IMG/VR virus record: IMGVR_UViG_3300046382_000038
Span: 1 to 60,984 of that record
Length of the DNA: 60,984 nt
Reading direction: 5' to 3' (one strand)
Source: a virus
Taxonomy: Duplodnaviria; Caudoviricetes
Shown here: positions 37,701 through 46,334 of the stretch, in pieces
Layout: the number at the start of each line of letters is the position of its first letter
Numbering within the stretch: the first letter of the stretch is position 1
Program-made: the position numbers and the translations under genes
Notes under the pieces: generated by a model
The model's input: only the letters and a program-made list of their open reading frames with translations
The model's database searches: none
Told to the model about the DNA's origin: nothing

Positions 37701-38750
37701 CTCGTTGCCTGTGATCTGATTGGGGTCGTAAGCCGTCCAGGTATGGGGCTCTCCTGCGACTACGATGCCTCGGCCTCTCATGCCTGGCTCCCAACGCAAG
37801 AAATTGCTCTGAGACTGTTGAGGCTCAACATCAATGCCGAGAATATCCTGCATGGCATCGGCAGTCTTACCTTGGTATCTCGGGAAGGAGTTCCAGTTAA
37901 CGCCTGCGCTATCGACAGCACCCGGATATTCACCTCGGTGGACGGCCTCCCAGTCATAGTTATCATGGGGGTTGTGCATCTGCTGTTCGTCACGAGCTAG
38001 ATCATGCTCATGGCCATTTGCACACCACATTGTGGAGGTCTGCGGATCTGTGTGTAGTTCCTCTCCGCAATGAGGACAAGGGATGCCAGCTAGCTGTTCT
38101 GGGGCTGCTCCGAAGTTTCGTTTCCCGCCCGGTACGGAGAAAGTCATCTCGGGGGTATAGAGTCCTGGTATTATTCCGGGGGTTTTGTTTACATCATACG
38201 GTTCTGCGTATCCCTCCCCCGCTCTTTGCGGTGGCTCGTTGGTTTGTCCAATCTCGCCTAGGCCATCGCACGCAGGGCAACCTTCGCCTTTGCAGTAGGG
38301 ACAAGGGCCATACCATTCTTTGGCCTTCTCCATTCCCATTTGAGGAACATCTGGGTAATTAGGCTGATATTTTAAGTCAGTTGGATCAACTGGGCGACCG
38401 TTGCCAAGCGGTGGTCGATTTTTCATTTCCTCGTTAAAGTCTTCAACCCATCCGGCAGCCAGTACAGCGGGGATGCTTGAATGCATGTAGTTGTCCCGGC
38501 CCCTGTTGCCCGTATTGAGCGGGGTCTCACCATCTGCTCCTACGATGGTTCCCTCGCCTAGCGGGTTGCCTCCCTGATCCACCTGAGAGTCGGAGTCAAC
38601 CATGTTACGCAGCGTCCCCTCGGACTGCACAGGAGAAGGCTGATTTCGAAAAGGTCGAGGGCTACCACAATTGGGGCAGCCGCCAGCCTGGATGTCACCG
38701 CTGGGATCGACCTGAAAATGGGCGCCACAATCTTCACACCTTGCTGTCAT
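34764..38750 (-). CDS. Large multi-zinc-ribbon head/core protein with glycine zipper
   Basis: 1328 aa; six paired Cys/His knuckle modules; Gly-zipper segment; many [KRH]-x-A motifs. Confidence 0.6.
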   Translation of the reverse strand: MTARCEDCGAHFQVDPSGDIQAGGCPNCGSPRPFRNQPSPVQSEGTLRNMVDSDSQVDQGGNPLGEGTIVGADGETPLNTGNRGRDNYMHSSIPAVLAAGWVEDFNEEMKNRPPLGNGRPVDPTDLKYQPNYPDVPQMGMEKAKEWYGPCPYCKGEGCPACDGLGEIGQTNEPPQRAGEGYAEPYDVNKTPGIIPGLYTPEMTFSVPGGKRNFGAAPEQLAGIPCPHCGEELHTDPQTSTMWCANGHEHDLARDEQQMHNPHDNYDWEAVHRGEYPGAVDSAGVNWNSFPRYQGKTADAMQDILGIDVEPQQSQSNFLRWEPGMRGRGIVVAGEPHTWTAYDPNQITGNEGAEALGLTHKPYVESLGVNPDHVDWRTGIEIEPNGDIQTVGGHDPAAFIQADPRLKLMKNNPLDSFFSVSKHSPYSRHAPMDPYLPWTHEADAVEFDKGPLAGPQHAVMVNPGPAGIHGAHYKWLDLMDAHLDGQPARQLGVHGLMMSYADPSRKQPVEVKVHHPDHIPAIQEQLEMGQSQPVPAMLELQKRVQNGEVPPPPPREEQPQQVAASTKEAIDAPEVAGWAGGGMAGQAAGEAIGTALMPGVGTVAGGFLGKVAGGLMGKALGGVFGGGGGGNASMPEEQPNLALAAVFVADYETPASNPDVGVKNDNDPEKVDQKEFNDQDHSPENLLNPNLEDSGASGEDGVREHAGFAPDSPGLDRLNMLLPLVTHYYHSPESGENDPQIRALHEALEAENPGYLDRVTPEDEQLAEEFIRNQAQKPHGIHAKTAIVNVDPNDINQHLENMVAPSGNPQVQPGAMPQQGTCPQCGGVLNGTGACPQCGAGAMAGGNPQTPMPTPGALPQGFASNDPVMALVAANHQGPTTPEQIAAVQELLIQQGRAEETPNVPIEPWNYAKELASIQQQPNVAPQVQPGEQPQPPTPQPAPQGAMPMPGMGGGEPGGQPMQPMAHVAADNVARRCPVCGSATTGMMADEENHAQCHACGHVWKAEGAVTDKSVNKESRVAAPENPVDAPAAERHQPRNPEAEEDSSLTWHDVNNQKLVPGQEYEMINPKYELPDIIRVEHVKPDGIEVSLIGTIANDPNTLQARTTISRQELEMDHMQFAPVADSMEDRGNQPPPGQQAPGEPPRPQTTDELETPHAMAPTSSTHDHCPKCGWKEYTSSMASADSYFNECHRCLHVWEEKEEMFETDHLAHTRDWINQDSRDDSFWEGMERAQGMREAQSKSRNLGDIAAKDGRLQAIKSRLNENAEQKTAGRHFTPSEQRELIDEEGVARNADLLNLEGTHYTAREDYSGKANGENVPMEHLLMGI

Positions 38751-38781
38751 CGCTTATTAACCAAGCGAATCTAGGCGCTAT

Positions 38782-39141
38782 TTAGTCTCCGCTAATCCAG
38801 GAACGAGCGAAGATACGAAGGTGTTTAATCTTAGATGCCGTGGTGTTAATGAAAACTAGACGCCATTGAGGGGCAACAATGTCTTCAAAAATCTTAAGGC
38901 CTGTTTCGGCAGCGACTGAGGTTTTGGTTTGAATATCCCAATGAACGCCATCAAAGCTCTGCTGAATTAGGATTTCCCCAGCCTTTTCGGAATATACAGA
39001 GCCGCCGATCTTCTGGGCACGATCAGTCTGCCCTGGACCTAGGGTAAGTTCATGCCCTTCTTCACCGCTGGAAGGAAATTCTTTCCAGCCTTCTTTTTCG
39101 GCATTGGGATCATCTGTATTATACACCACGAAATGACTCAT
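38782..39141 (-). CDS. Small beta-sandwich virion protein
   Basis: 119 aa; QQSFDGVHW; late motif upstream. Confidence 0.5.
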   Translation of the reverse strand: MSHFVVYNTDDPNAEKEGWKEFPSSGEEGHELTLGPGQTDRAQKIGGSVYSEKAGEILIQQSFDGVHWDIQTKTSVAAETGLKIFEDIVAPQWRLVFINTTASKIKHLRIFARSWISGD

Positions 39142-39193
39142 CGTAAATTAGTCCTCGCCCCCGCTTGAAAGTATGCTAGACTTCTCGACCTCA

Positions 39194-39691
39194 ATGAAGA
39201 CAGCCCTGATTATCGTTGACGCCCAGAAGGATTTTCCCCTCCATCTGGAGGTCGTGGACCGACTTATCGACCTGGCTGAAGAGGCCGATTTAGTAATCGC
39301 CTCCAAGACCGTTCACTCAAAGGATCATTTTTCCTTTGCGGAGTTTGGTCCTCATTGCATACATGGGACCAAAGGGGTTAAGTTGGAGGATCGTATAGCT
39401 GAATGGGCCGACTATACGATTACGCGCGTGTGTCCCCAGGGGGTAGAGCATTACTCGGCCTTTGACGGGGGCACCTTACGGCCTAAGGAATCTTTGGAGG
39501 AAATTCTCGTAGCCGAGAAGATAGGCAAAGTATGGATCGGAGGATTTGGCCACGGATGGGATGTTCCTCAAACGGCCTTTGATGCCAACGCTTTGGGATA
39601 CCCAACTACGGTTTGGTTGGAAGCCGTCAATGAGATGAGCCCCGAGACCATCCTTAAGCTTGAGCACGCAGGTGTAAATGTCAGAGGCTGA
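39194..39691 (+). CDS. Isochorismatase/nicotinamidase (PncA)-fold protein with altered active site
   Basis: ALIIVDAQKDF, PHCIHGT, YSAFDG, QTAFDA; catalytic Cys position reads Asp (GWDV). Confidence 0.8.
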   Translation: MKTALIIVDAQKDFPLHLEVVDRLIDLAEEADLVIASKTVHSKDHFSFAEFGPHCIHGTKGVKLEDRIAEWADYTITRVCPQGVEHYSAFDGGTLRPKESLEEILVAEKIGKVWIGGFGHGWDVPQTAFDANALGYPTTVWLEAVNEMSPETILKLEHAGVNVRG

Positions 39692-39885
39692 TGAATTTGC
39701 AAGAGCTATTCATATGGCTATCTCAAGCAGAGATAGGCCATCTTCCAGATTGCGAAATCACCCAGCGTGCAGGACGGGGTGCCAAATGTACTTGCAATCG
39801 GGACAAAGTATTAGAGACGATAAAGGTCTGGTATGAGTACAGCCAAAGCATATGCTCTCACCGTCACCCTTCAAACGGGGGATAG
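39691..39885 (+). CDS. Small Cys/His protein
   Basis: HLPDC...CTC; TGATG coupling. Confidence 0.45.
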   Translation: MNLQELFIWLSQAEIGHLPDCEITQRAGRGAKCTCNRDKVLETIKVWYEYSQSICSHRHPSNGG

Positions 39886-40165
39886 AGCGCCTGAAGGACC
39901 GGGATGGTATCTAGTCGCACACGTTGACGAGGGCCAGCAGGGAAATACCTTCAAGCGCAAGATCTCAACGGCCCAAGCCGAAGAGCTTGGGCGAACTTTT
40001 GGAACTATGGTTGATCCCCAGGAGGACTTTCAGCCTTTCGAAATTATCACCAAAGGCACGGGGGCGGCAAAGGAGATCACTAAAGAAGAACTAGAGGAGG
40101 CAGAACGAGTTGCTACCACTGTGGGAATTTTACGCAAGGCCCTGGGGGAACTGAATGGATCCTAG
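39833..40165 (+). CDS. Hypothetical protein
   Basis: 110 aa in operon. Confidence 0.5.
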   Translation: MSTAKAYALTVTLQTGDRAPEGPGWYLVAHVDEGQQGNTFKRKISTAQAEELGRTFGTMVDPQEDFQPFEIITKGTGAAKEITKEELEEAERVATTVGILRKALGELNGS

Positions 40166-40346
40166 GGTCTTTGTCCTTGAACGGGAGATTACCCGTTTAA
40201 ACGCCGACAACATCAAGCTGCGGAGAGAAAATGGGAAACTCCAAAAGGAAAGAGAAGCGGAACGAGCCGTCAACCTCTCGATCAGCAGAGCCAAAGCTCT
40301 CATCCAGAGAATTAGCGATCAACTACAATCTCAACTCCGCCGTTGA
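40155..40346 (+). CDS. Small coiled-coil protein
   Basis: Heptad pattern. Confidence 0.5.
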   Translation: MDPRVFVLEREITRLNADNIKLRRENGKLQKEREAERAVNLSISRAKALIQRISDQLQSQLRR

Positions 40347-40457
40347 AAACTGGATTGGTGGTAATATGAAGGAGGCCGAGTACAAAATGACACTCGCCTA
40401 CGAGTATTACCATATGAGTGATGCTAAGTTTAACGAGATAAGGAACAAAGAAAGTTA

Positions 40458-40751
40458 ATGTTTAACGCCGAATTACAAGTAGTCGAAGCAAATGTCGCAA
40501 ATATCAACAACAGGGTCGAACTTCACTTTACGATGGGGATAGCAGTTCCGCAGGACGAAGGCTTAGCTTTCATTCCTGGAGGATTAGTGCGAGTTCCGTT
40601 GGGCAAGCAAACGGCGATTAGTATCGGAAAAGACCTCCAGGACGAGGGTGAAAAGCTTCCCGATCCGCCCAAGCAAAGCGATCTCATAATTCCCAAGAAT
40701 GCACAGAAGGTAGCCGCAGAAGCCAAGGCTGGTCCGGATGAGCGTCCTTAG
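40458..40751 (+). CDS. Hypothetical protein
   Basis: 97 aa; TAATG coupling. Confidence 0.55.
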   Translation: MFNAELQVVEANVANINNRVELHFTMGIAVPQDEGLAFIPGGLVRVPLGKQTAISIGKDLQDEGEKLPDPPKQSDLIIPKNAQKVAAEAKAGPDERP

Positions 40752-41388
40752 CGATAAAGATATCAATGAATATCTTGATGGCAACGGGGGCAATTGGCCT
40801 TGGCTCAAGGAGTTAGTAATTGATCCGCTAGATAGGACTCAGATTCAGCCAGCTAGCATTGATCTTAAGCTAGCTGGCGAATTTCGCAGGTATGAGGATT
40901 CGCGCCAAGAGGCTTATCGAAGATTTAGAGAAGACTCGGGCTCCCTTATACAGGCCAGCCAGAGGTTCGATGAATTTCTAAGAGATGAAAAAGTCATCGA
41001 TTTAAATGATCGCAAAGCTAGCACCATCCTGGTCGAGGAAGATAGCTACGAATTAAAACCTGGCGAATTCATCTTGGGATCCACCGTCGAGCGCGTAGAG
41101 ATCCCGGACAATCTCTGCGCCCGAGTTGAGGGTAAGTCGTCTCTAGGCAGGCTAGGCCTGCTGGTTCATGCAACGGCTGGCTATATCGATCCCGGCTTTA
41201 GGGGAAAGATAACGCTTGAGATCATGAACCTAAATAATAGACCGATCATTTTGCGCGCTGGCAAACCAATCTGCCAGCTATCTTTGATCGAGCTAACCAG
41301 CCCAGCCAAACGACCCTACGGACATGCGGAGCTTAACAGCAAGTATCAGGACCAGCGTGGAGTCCAAGAGAGTCTTTATGAGGGCTAG
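40738..41388 (+). CDS. dcd: dCTP deaminase
   Basis: IQPASIDL, EGKSSLGRLGL, TAGYIDPGFRGKITLE, KYQDQ. Confidence 0.93.
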   Translation: MSVLSDKDINEYLDGNGGNWPWLKELVIDPLDRTQIQPASIDLKLAGEFRRYEDSRQEAYRRFREDSGSLIQASQRFDEFLRDEKVIDLNDRKASTILVEEDSYELKPGEFILGSTVERVEIPDNLCARVEGKSSLGRLGLLVHATAGYIDPGFRGKITLEIMNLNNRPIILRAGKPICQLSLIELTSPAKRPYGHAELNSKYQDQRGVQESLYEG

Positions 41389-41624
41389 GATCCTAGGTAG
41401 CCTATGTCGGCTTATTATAAAGGTAGTCATTCTCGACGCCTTCTATCGAGCCTTTATCCGTTCGGTAGCCCGTAAAATGCTGGATATGAAAAATGGCTAG
41501 CCTACTCGAATCCTTGTTCCATACCGGGGCGTGGTATAGCAACGGCTTGATCGCCCTATGCTGGATCTATCTCATCATTATGATACCCTATATCTTGGCT
41601 AAGGTCTACAAAGGCGAATAGCTC

Positions 41625-41653
41625 TTGACAAACGGGAGGGAACCGTGTATACT
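41625..41653 (+). promoter_or_regulatory. SigA-type promoter TTGACA-17-TATACT (leaderless)
   Basis: ATG 41661 lies 7 nt after the -10. Confidence 0.85.
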
Positions 41654-41660
41654 TATTTCC

Positions 41661-43118
41661 ATGAACTTCTCTCCCACCTCCGAGCAGCAAGCAATCGTAG
41701 ACGCCTTCCAGACGGGCAAGGATCTGGTAGTTGAGGCAGGCGCCGGGACCGGCAAGACCTCAACGCTAAAGCTTCTGGCTGACTCTCAGCCTGATAAGCA
41801 GGGCCTGTACCTGGCCTACAACAAGGCCATCCAGACTGAGGCCTCCGACAAGTTCCCCGACTCCTGCGAATGCCGTACCGGGCACTCAATGGCCTACCGG
41901 GGCATCCTTCGCGACAGGGATATCGATGGACCGGCGCTGATGAAGCGCCTTAAAGCTCCCCGCGTCACGAGCCGTCAGGCTGTGCAGTTTCTGGGCATCC
42001 CCTCAGCAGGTTTCGAGATCGACCCCGAGCACCGGCTGGCCTCTTGGATCGTCTCTCGCAGCGCCCTGGAAACGGTGTCGCGCTTCTGCAACAGCGCCGA
42101 TGACGAGATCACCGAGCGTCACGTTCCCCGCGTCCGGGGAGTGGAGTACGAGGATCAGATGGGCTACGCCCGTTACGTGGTTCCCTTCGCTCGCAAGGCT
42201 TGGGAGGATCTTCAGAAGCCCCATGGTCAGCTTAAGTTCAACCACGACCATTACCTGAAGATTTGGGCACTCAAACGGCCTCAGCTTGACTTCGATTACA
42301 TCCTCTTCGATGAGGCTCAGGACGCTAACCCCGTGATCGCTCGTGTGGTTGAAGAACAGGACGCGCAGAAGGTTATGGTGGGCGACTCCTGCCAGGCCAT
42401 CTACGGGTGGCGTGGTGCCGAAGACGCCATGACCAACTTCGACGTAGAGCACCGTCTGATGCTCTCTCAGAGCTTCCGCTTCGGTGAGGTGGTCGCGGAC
42501 ACGGCGAACAAACTCCTCGGCCTCCTTGAGGCTCCTCTGCGTCTCTCTGGTTTTGATCAGATTGACTCACAGCTTGAATCGCTTGAGGAGCCCGACGTGA
42601 TCCTCTGTCGCACCAACGCTGCTGTTATCCAGTACGCCATGCAGGCGCAGAAGACCGAGAAGCGTGTGGCCATCGTGGGAGGCACCGGCGACCTTCAGGT
42701 TTTCGTTGAAGATGCAGAAAAGCTCATCAACGAAGAAAGCGGTGTCAGGCACGCCGATCTGGTGGCCTTCAACAACTGGCAGGAGGTCTGCGAGTACGCC
42801 AGCAGCGACGAGGGGGCCGACCTGAAAATCATCGTCAAGCTGATCAACGAATATGGCTGCTACGCCATCCTGGAGGTTTGCCGCGCCTCGGTGGACGAGA
42901 AGAACGCCGACATCATCGTTTCGACTGCCCACAAGGCCAAGGGCCGTGAGTGGGATAAGGTCAAGATTGCGGCTGACTTCCGCCGTCCGCAGGAAGAGAA
43001 CATCATGCCCTCGCGCGCAGAGCTTATGCTCATGTATGTCTCAGTTACGCGAGCGCGCGAAGTGCTGGACTACACGGGCATCGAATGGATCGAGGAATTG
43101 ATCAATGCCCCGGCTTGA
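41661..43118 (+). CDS. UvrD/Rep-like SF1 helicase
   Basis: AGAGTGKT, DEAQD, GDSCQAIYGWRG, SFRF, STAHKAKGREW, YVSVTRA. Confidence 0.92.
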   Translation: MNFSPTSEQQAIVDAFQTGKDLVVEAGAGTGKTSTLKLLADSQPDKQGLYLAYNKAIQTEASDKFPDSCECRTGHSMAYRGILRDRDIDGPALMKRLKAPRVTSRQAVQFLGIPSAGFEIDPEHRLASWIVSRSALETVSRFCNSADDEITERHVPRVRGVEYEDQMGYARYVVPFARKAWEDLQKPHGQLKFNHDHYLKIWALKRPQLDFDYILFDEAQDANPVIARVVEEQDAQKVMVGDSCQAIYGWRGAEDAMTNFDVEHRLMLSQSFRFGEVVADTANKLLGLLEAPLRLSGFDQIDSQLESLEEPDVILCRTNAAVIQYAMQAQKTEKRVAIVGGTGDLQVFVEDAEKLINEESGVRHADLVAFNNWQEVCEYASSDEGADLKIIVKLINEYGCYAILEVCRASVDEKNADIIVSTAHKAKGREWDKVKIAADFRRPQEENIMPSRAELMLMYVSVTRAREVLDYTGIEWIEELINAPA

Positions 43119-43299
43119 CCCTCGCCTAGAGAGTGTGCAGCACGCTATCACTAGCGCCAGCCATCTAGACCTCGATGAAAAGATTGAGGCGGGAAAGTAT
43201 CTCAACGAGATCTTTAAGCTGCCGGTATATCGCCGCTCTCCCTGGGAGCGGATTAAACTACGATTCCGCCTGTGGAAGGGAAGACCCTGGCGTTTCTAA
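43105..43299 (+). CDS. Small hypothetical protein
   Basis: Overlap-coupled, 64 aa. Confidence 0.45.
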   Translation: MPRLDPRLESVQHAITSASHLDLDEKIEAGKYLNEIFKLPVYRRSPWERIKLRFRLWKGRPWRF

Positions 43300-43520
43300 T
43301 GAGTTTCCACCATCATCGCCACCATCATAAGGTCCACCATATTGCGCCTGCCCCTAAGGTGCCAACCTTCCTGCCGGTCGAAGGCGAACCCGGCGTGGTG
43401 ATCCTAAGGACGACCGACGAAGGGCCTGAAGTCGAATGGGCCGAAAATCCTCTCTCGCCCCAGGAAGTGGAAGCCCTCAATGCAGAAATCGAAGCTGAAG
43501 CCTTGACAGAGGCTTCCTAG
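43299..43520 (+). CDS. Small protein with His-rich N-terminus
   Basis: MSFHHHRHHHKVHH; TAATG coupling. Confidence 0.5.
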   Translation: MSFHHHRHHHKVHHIAPAPKVPTFLPVEGEPGVVILRTTDEGPEVEWAENPLSPQEVEALNAEIEAEALTEAS

Positions 43521-43531
43521 CCGTATATACT
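43503..43531 (+). promoter_or_regulatory. SigA-type promoter TTGACA-17-TATACT
   Basis: TTGACA 43503-43508; TATACT 43526-43531; ATG 43541. Confidence 0.85.
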
Positions 43532-43540
43532 ATTGAGCCC

Positions 43541-43717
43541 ATGAAAAAGAACGAACAAGATCTAGTCACGCTGATAATCGCTCTCACTGATCGCGCAAAT
43601 GGCGAGCAAGCGCTTGACGATCACATAGGAGACAATCCGGACCTCAAGGAGTCTCTAGCTGAGGTCCGCGCTCGTCCCTCCTATCAGGAGATCCGGAGTC
43701 GTTATGAAGACCATTAG
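43541..43717 (+). CDS. 58-aa hypothetical protein (below ORF-track cutoff)
   Basis: MKKNEQDLVTL...RYEDH directly after the promoter. Confidence 0.55.
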   Translation: MKKNEQDLVTLIIALTDRANGEQALDDHIGDNPDLKESLAEVRARPSYQEIRSRYEDH

Positions 43718-43895
43718 CCAGCTACGACCCGACGCCAAGCAGTACGAGTTTACCATTAAAGGTAAACTTAAGAATACCTCGGCCATACAGGCTAAGCAAG
43801 ACATTCTAGACCTGCTCGGGAAGGACTTCGAAAGATACTGTCTCTTTGAGGTCTTCACCGAAGAGTGCGAGATCACCGAGAAGGATAATGTCTAA
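43704..43895 (+). CDS. Small hypothetical protein
   Basis: 63 aa, overlap-coupled. Confidence 0.45.
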   Translation: MKTISQLRPDAKQYEFTIKGKLKNTSAIQAKQDILDLLGKDFERYCLFEVFTEECEITEKDNV

Positions 43896-44475
43896 CTATC
43901 TCGGTACCTGTCGCTCCTGCGAGTTCACGATCTTCGCCACCGAAGAGGATCTTACGGAGGCCGCTGACTTCGGTGGCGTTAAGGCTGGGCGTGCTGCTCG
44001 TGTACCCGAGCGAGGGGTCTTTGCCCGCTGCATTCTCAACCATAAGGTCTTCCCTCTCAAAGCCGTCAAGGGCACCTACTCGGAGAAGCACAAATGCGAC
44101 TCTCGCTGCCTCAACGCTCGTGGTCCCGACTGCACCTGCTCGTGCGGGGGCGCCAACCACGGCAGGGGTCACGCCGTAACTATCTCTAAAGCCGACGAGG
44201 AGCGAGAGATGATCCACCTGGGCGAGGTGGGCAGGCGCATCATGGGCGAGGTTACGGTGCAGGAGCGCAAGGAGCTTCACCCTAGTACTATCCTCTATGT
44301 CTTCCTCAACAAAGACAGGAATGCTATCCTCAAGTGGTTTATGCCCGACTACGTAGACGATCCCGTATTCGCGGTAGGGGAAGAGGTTACGATCCGGGCA
44401 AGAGTAAAGACCCATGACGATCATGCCCAATACGGCAAGGCAACAATCATCACTTATGTAGAAAGGATCAGTTAA
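43888..44475 (+). CDS. Cys-rich metal-binding domain plus OB-fold-like domain
   Basis: CRSC...CDSRCLNARGPDCTCSCGGANHG; beta-rich C-terminus. Confidence 0.55.
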   Translation: MSNYLGTCRSCEFTIFATEEDLTEAADFGGVKAGRAARVPERGVFARCILNHKVFPLKAVKGTYSEKHKCDSRCLNARGPDCTCSCGGANHGRGHAVTISKADEEREMIHLGEVGRRIMGEVTVQERKELHPSTILYVFLNKDRNAILKWFMPDYVDDPVFAVGEEVTIRARVKTHDDHAQYGKATIITYVERIS

Positions 44476-45476
44476 TGGACCAGTCGATGCTTAAGTACGC
44501 AATTCGAGTAGACGAGCGAGCCGCCTACATTCGCTTCTACCTGTGGTTGTGGAATGCGAAAAAGAACGAAATCACCTTCTGCAAGCTCTTCTGGGCCTAT
44601 GTGTTCGCGGCCCCCGCTCTGATGGTGCGAGGGTTCTACACCTTGTTTATTAAGCCTGTCGTCTTTGTCCTGTGTCTTGCGGGCAAAGGCATTGCTCGCC
44701 TTCTACCCGAGAAGAAAAAGCCCACGTCCGGGTTTGAGAGCATCGAAGAAAAATCGGAAAGATGGGAGCGGGAAGCAATAGAAAAACATGAAGAAAGAGA
44801 GGCGAAGGCTCGTAAGCAAAAGCGTCAGGAAGAAAAAGCTGCCTCCATGCAGAAGACCCTTGACGGCATCGAGCACGTCGGGACTCTAGCGATCATGAAA
44901 GCTAGGCCGATTGCTGAGGGTGTCGGAGCGGCCAAGAAGCGTGTCGCCTACGCCGGTAAGCGCACCGCCGTGAAGGTGGGCGATACCGTCTCGGTTCCCC
45001 TCGTTGGTCGGGGTCTGCTTGGGCTCGCCGCCCTGGCTGGAATCTCGGCAGTAATTGTGCTCGGGATGCTGGCCGCCCCTTACGCGGTAGCGGGCGCTCA
45101 TGGCGTAGCTACAGGGGTCAGTACTGGCGCATCGGCTGCGGGATCAGCAGCCGTCACGATGATTCATAGCCCCGCTTCCCTGTGGGCAGTCCTGGGCCTA
45201 TTTGCCGCCGCCCTGGTAATCTCAGCCGTTTGGGTGCTGGCTACGGTTGGGATTCTGGCCTTTATTGCACGCTATATGCTGGCCCCAACGGGCCGAGGTG
45301 TAGTTAAAGGTGCTGAGGTTGGAGCCATAGTGGTCGGCGGAGGCCTCTCAGGGTTTGCCAAGGCCATGAAGATCGGCTACTACTCCGTTAAGACCAACAC
45401 CTGCCCCCGCATCGAAATTGAGAAGCGACCGGATCCCATTAAGACCCGGCGTATCGAGAGAGAACTAGACCTATGA
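44475..45476 (+). CDS. Multi-TM membrane protein
   Basis: Several hydrophobic Ala/Gly-rich helices and a charged coiled coil. Confidence 0.6.
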   Translation: MDQSMLKYAIRVDERAAYIRFYLWLWNAKKNEITFCKLFWAYVFAAPALMVRGFYTLFIKPVVFVLCLAGKGIARLLPEKKKPTSGFESIEEKSERWEREAIEKHEEREAKARKQKRQEEKAASMQKTLDGIEHVGTLAIMKARPIAEGVGAAKKRVAYAGKRTAVKVGDTVSVPLVGRGLLGLAALAGISAVIVLGMLAAPYAVAGAHGVATGVSTGASAAGSAAVTMIHSPASLWAVLGLFAAALVISAVWVLATVGILAFIARYMLAPTGRGVVKGAEVGAIVVGGGLSGFAKAMKIGYYSVKTNTCPRIEIEKRPDPIKTRRIERELDL

Positions 45477-45694
45477 TTCATATCATTTTCATTTTGTTTT
45501 TGGTGACGGTAATGGTGGCAATCATGCTAGGGATACTCTACTTTCTATCTATTGTCATCTATTCGCCTCCGCCTCCGAAACCGGATTACAAGAAGATTGC
45601 GAAGCTAGAGCATGAATTAGGCTTGGGACCGCCATTCCATTCAGAACTTCCGCAAATCGAGAGGCCCACTACGGTCGAGAGGGTTTGGCGATGA
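45473..45694 (+). CDS. Small membrane protein
   Basis: N-terminal TM; DYKKIAKLEHELG. Confidence 0.55.
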   Translation: MIHIIFILFLVTVMVAIMLGILYFLSIVIYSPPPPKPDYKKIAKLEHELGLGPPFHSELPQIERPTTVERVWR

Positions 45695-45827
45695 GACGCA
45701 TACTTGCAACACCGGGGATTCTCTTTTATATCCTCGCCGAAGGGTGCTGCTTTGCGCTTATGTTCTTCCGCTGGCTCGGTACCGGCTCGCGTGAGCGCAT
45801 CTGTGTGAATTGGAAGGAGCCATACCT

Positions 45828-46334
45828 ATGATTGGGACAGAAGCAAAGGCTATTGCCGCCGTGCTCTACCACGGTCGTCTAGACTGGTCGAGTAACCCCG
45901 AGATCGAACACTGTAAGCGAGTTGCTAATTCATCACCCGGTTTTCTTGAGGAATATGATAGAGAACTAACTGATAACGCGGATGCCATTGTATGGATCCA
46001 GGAGGGTGTCGATTGCGCTGTGGTTGGTTGGCTTCACGATGCTGTCGAGGATGAGCTAACAACATTCGGAGCACTTAAAGACGCAGGCTTCACGGATACT
46101 CAATACAAAGCGTTATTCCTACTCACTAGGCTTCCCGAGGATGGAACATATCTTGACTATATTCGTTGCATTGCGAATGCCGATGGTCCAGCAGGAAGAA
46201 TCGCACGGGCGGTCAAGCTAGCTGACAACGAAGACAATTGCACCCGGCCCTCCCCCGCAGATAAGCAAGGGATGCGAGCCAAGGGCGGTCGCTATGATAA
46301 GGCCCGCAAAATCCTGAAAGGCGAAAAGAAGTGA
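45828..46334 (+). CDS. HD-domain protein, small alarmone hydrolase (Mesh1/SpoT-HD)-like
   Basis: EHCKRVA...WLHDAVED...LLTR...AVKLADNEDN; RBS AAGGAG before ATG 45828. Confidence 0.75.
   Translation: MIGTEAKAIAAVLYHGRLDWSSNPEIEHCKRVANSSPGFLEEYDRELTDNADAIVWIQEGVDCAVVGWLHDAVEDELTTFGALKDAGFTDTQYKALFLLTRLPEDGTYLDYIRCIANADGPAGRIARAVKLADNEDNCTRPSPADKQGMRAKGGRYDKARKILKGEKK

Noticed and set aside
41525-41560. tRNA-like start GGGGCGTGGTATAGC
   Set aside because: No T-arm or cloverleaf; lies inside a small membrane ORF (MASLLESLF...)
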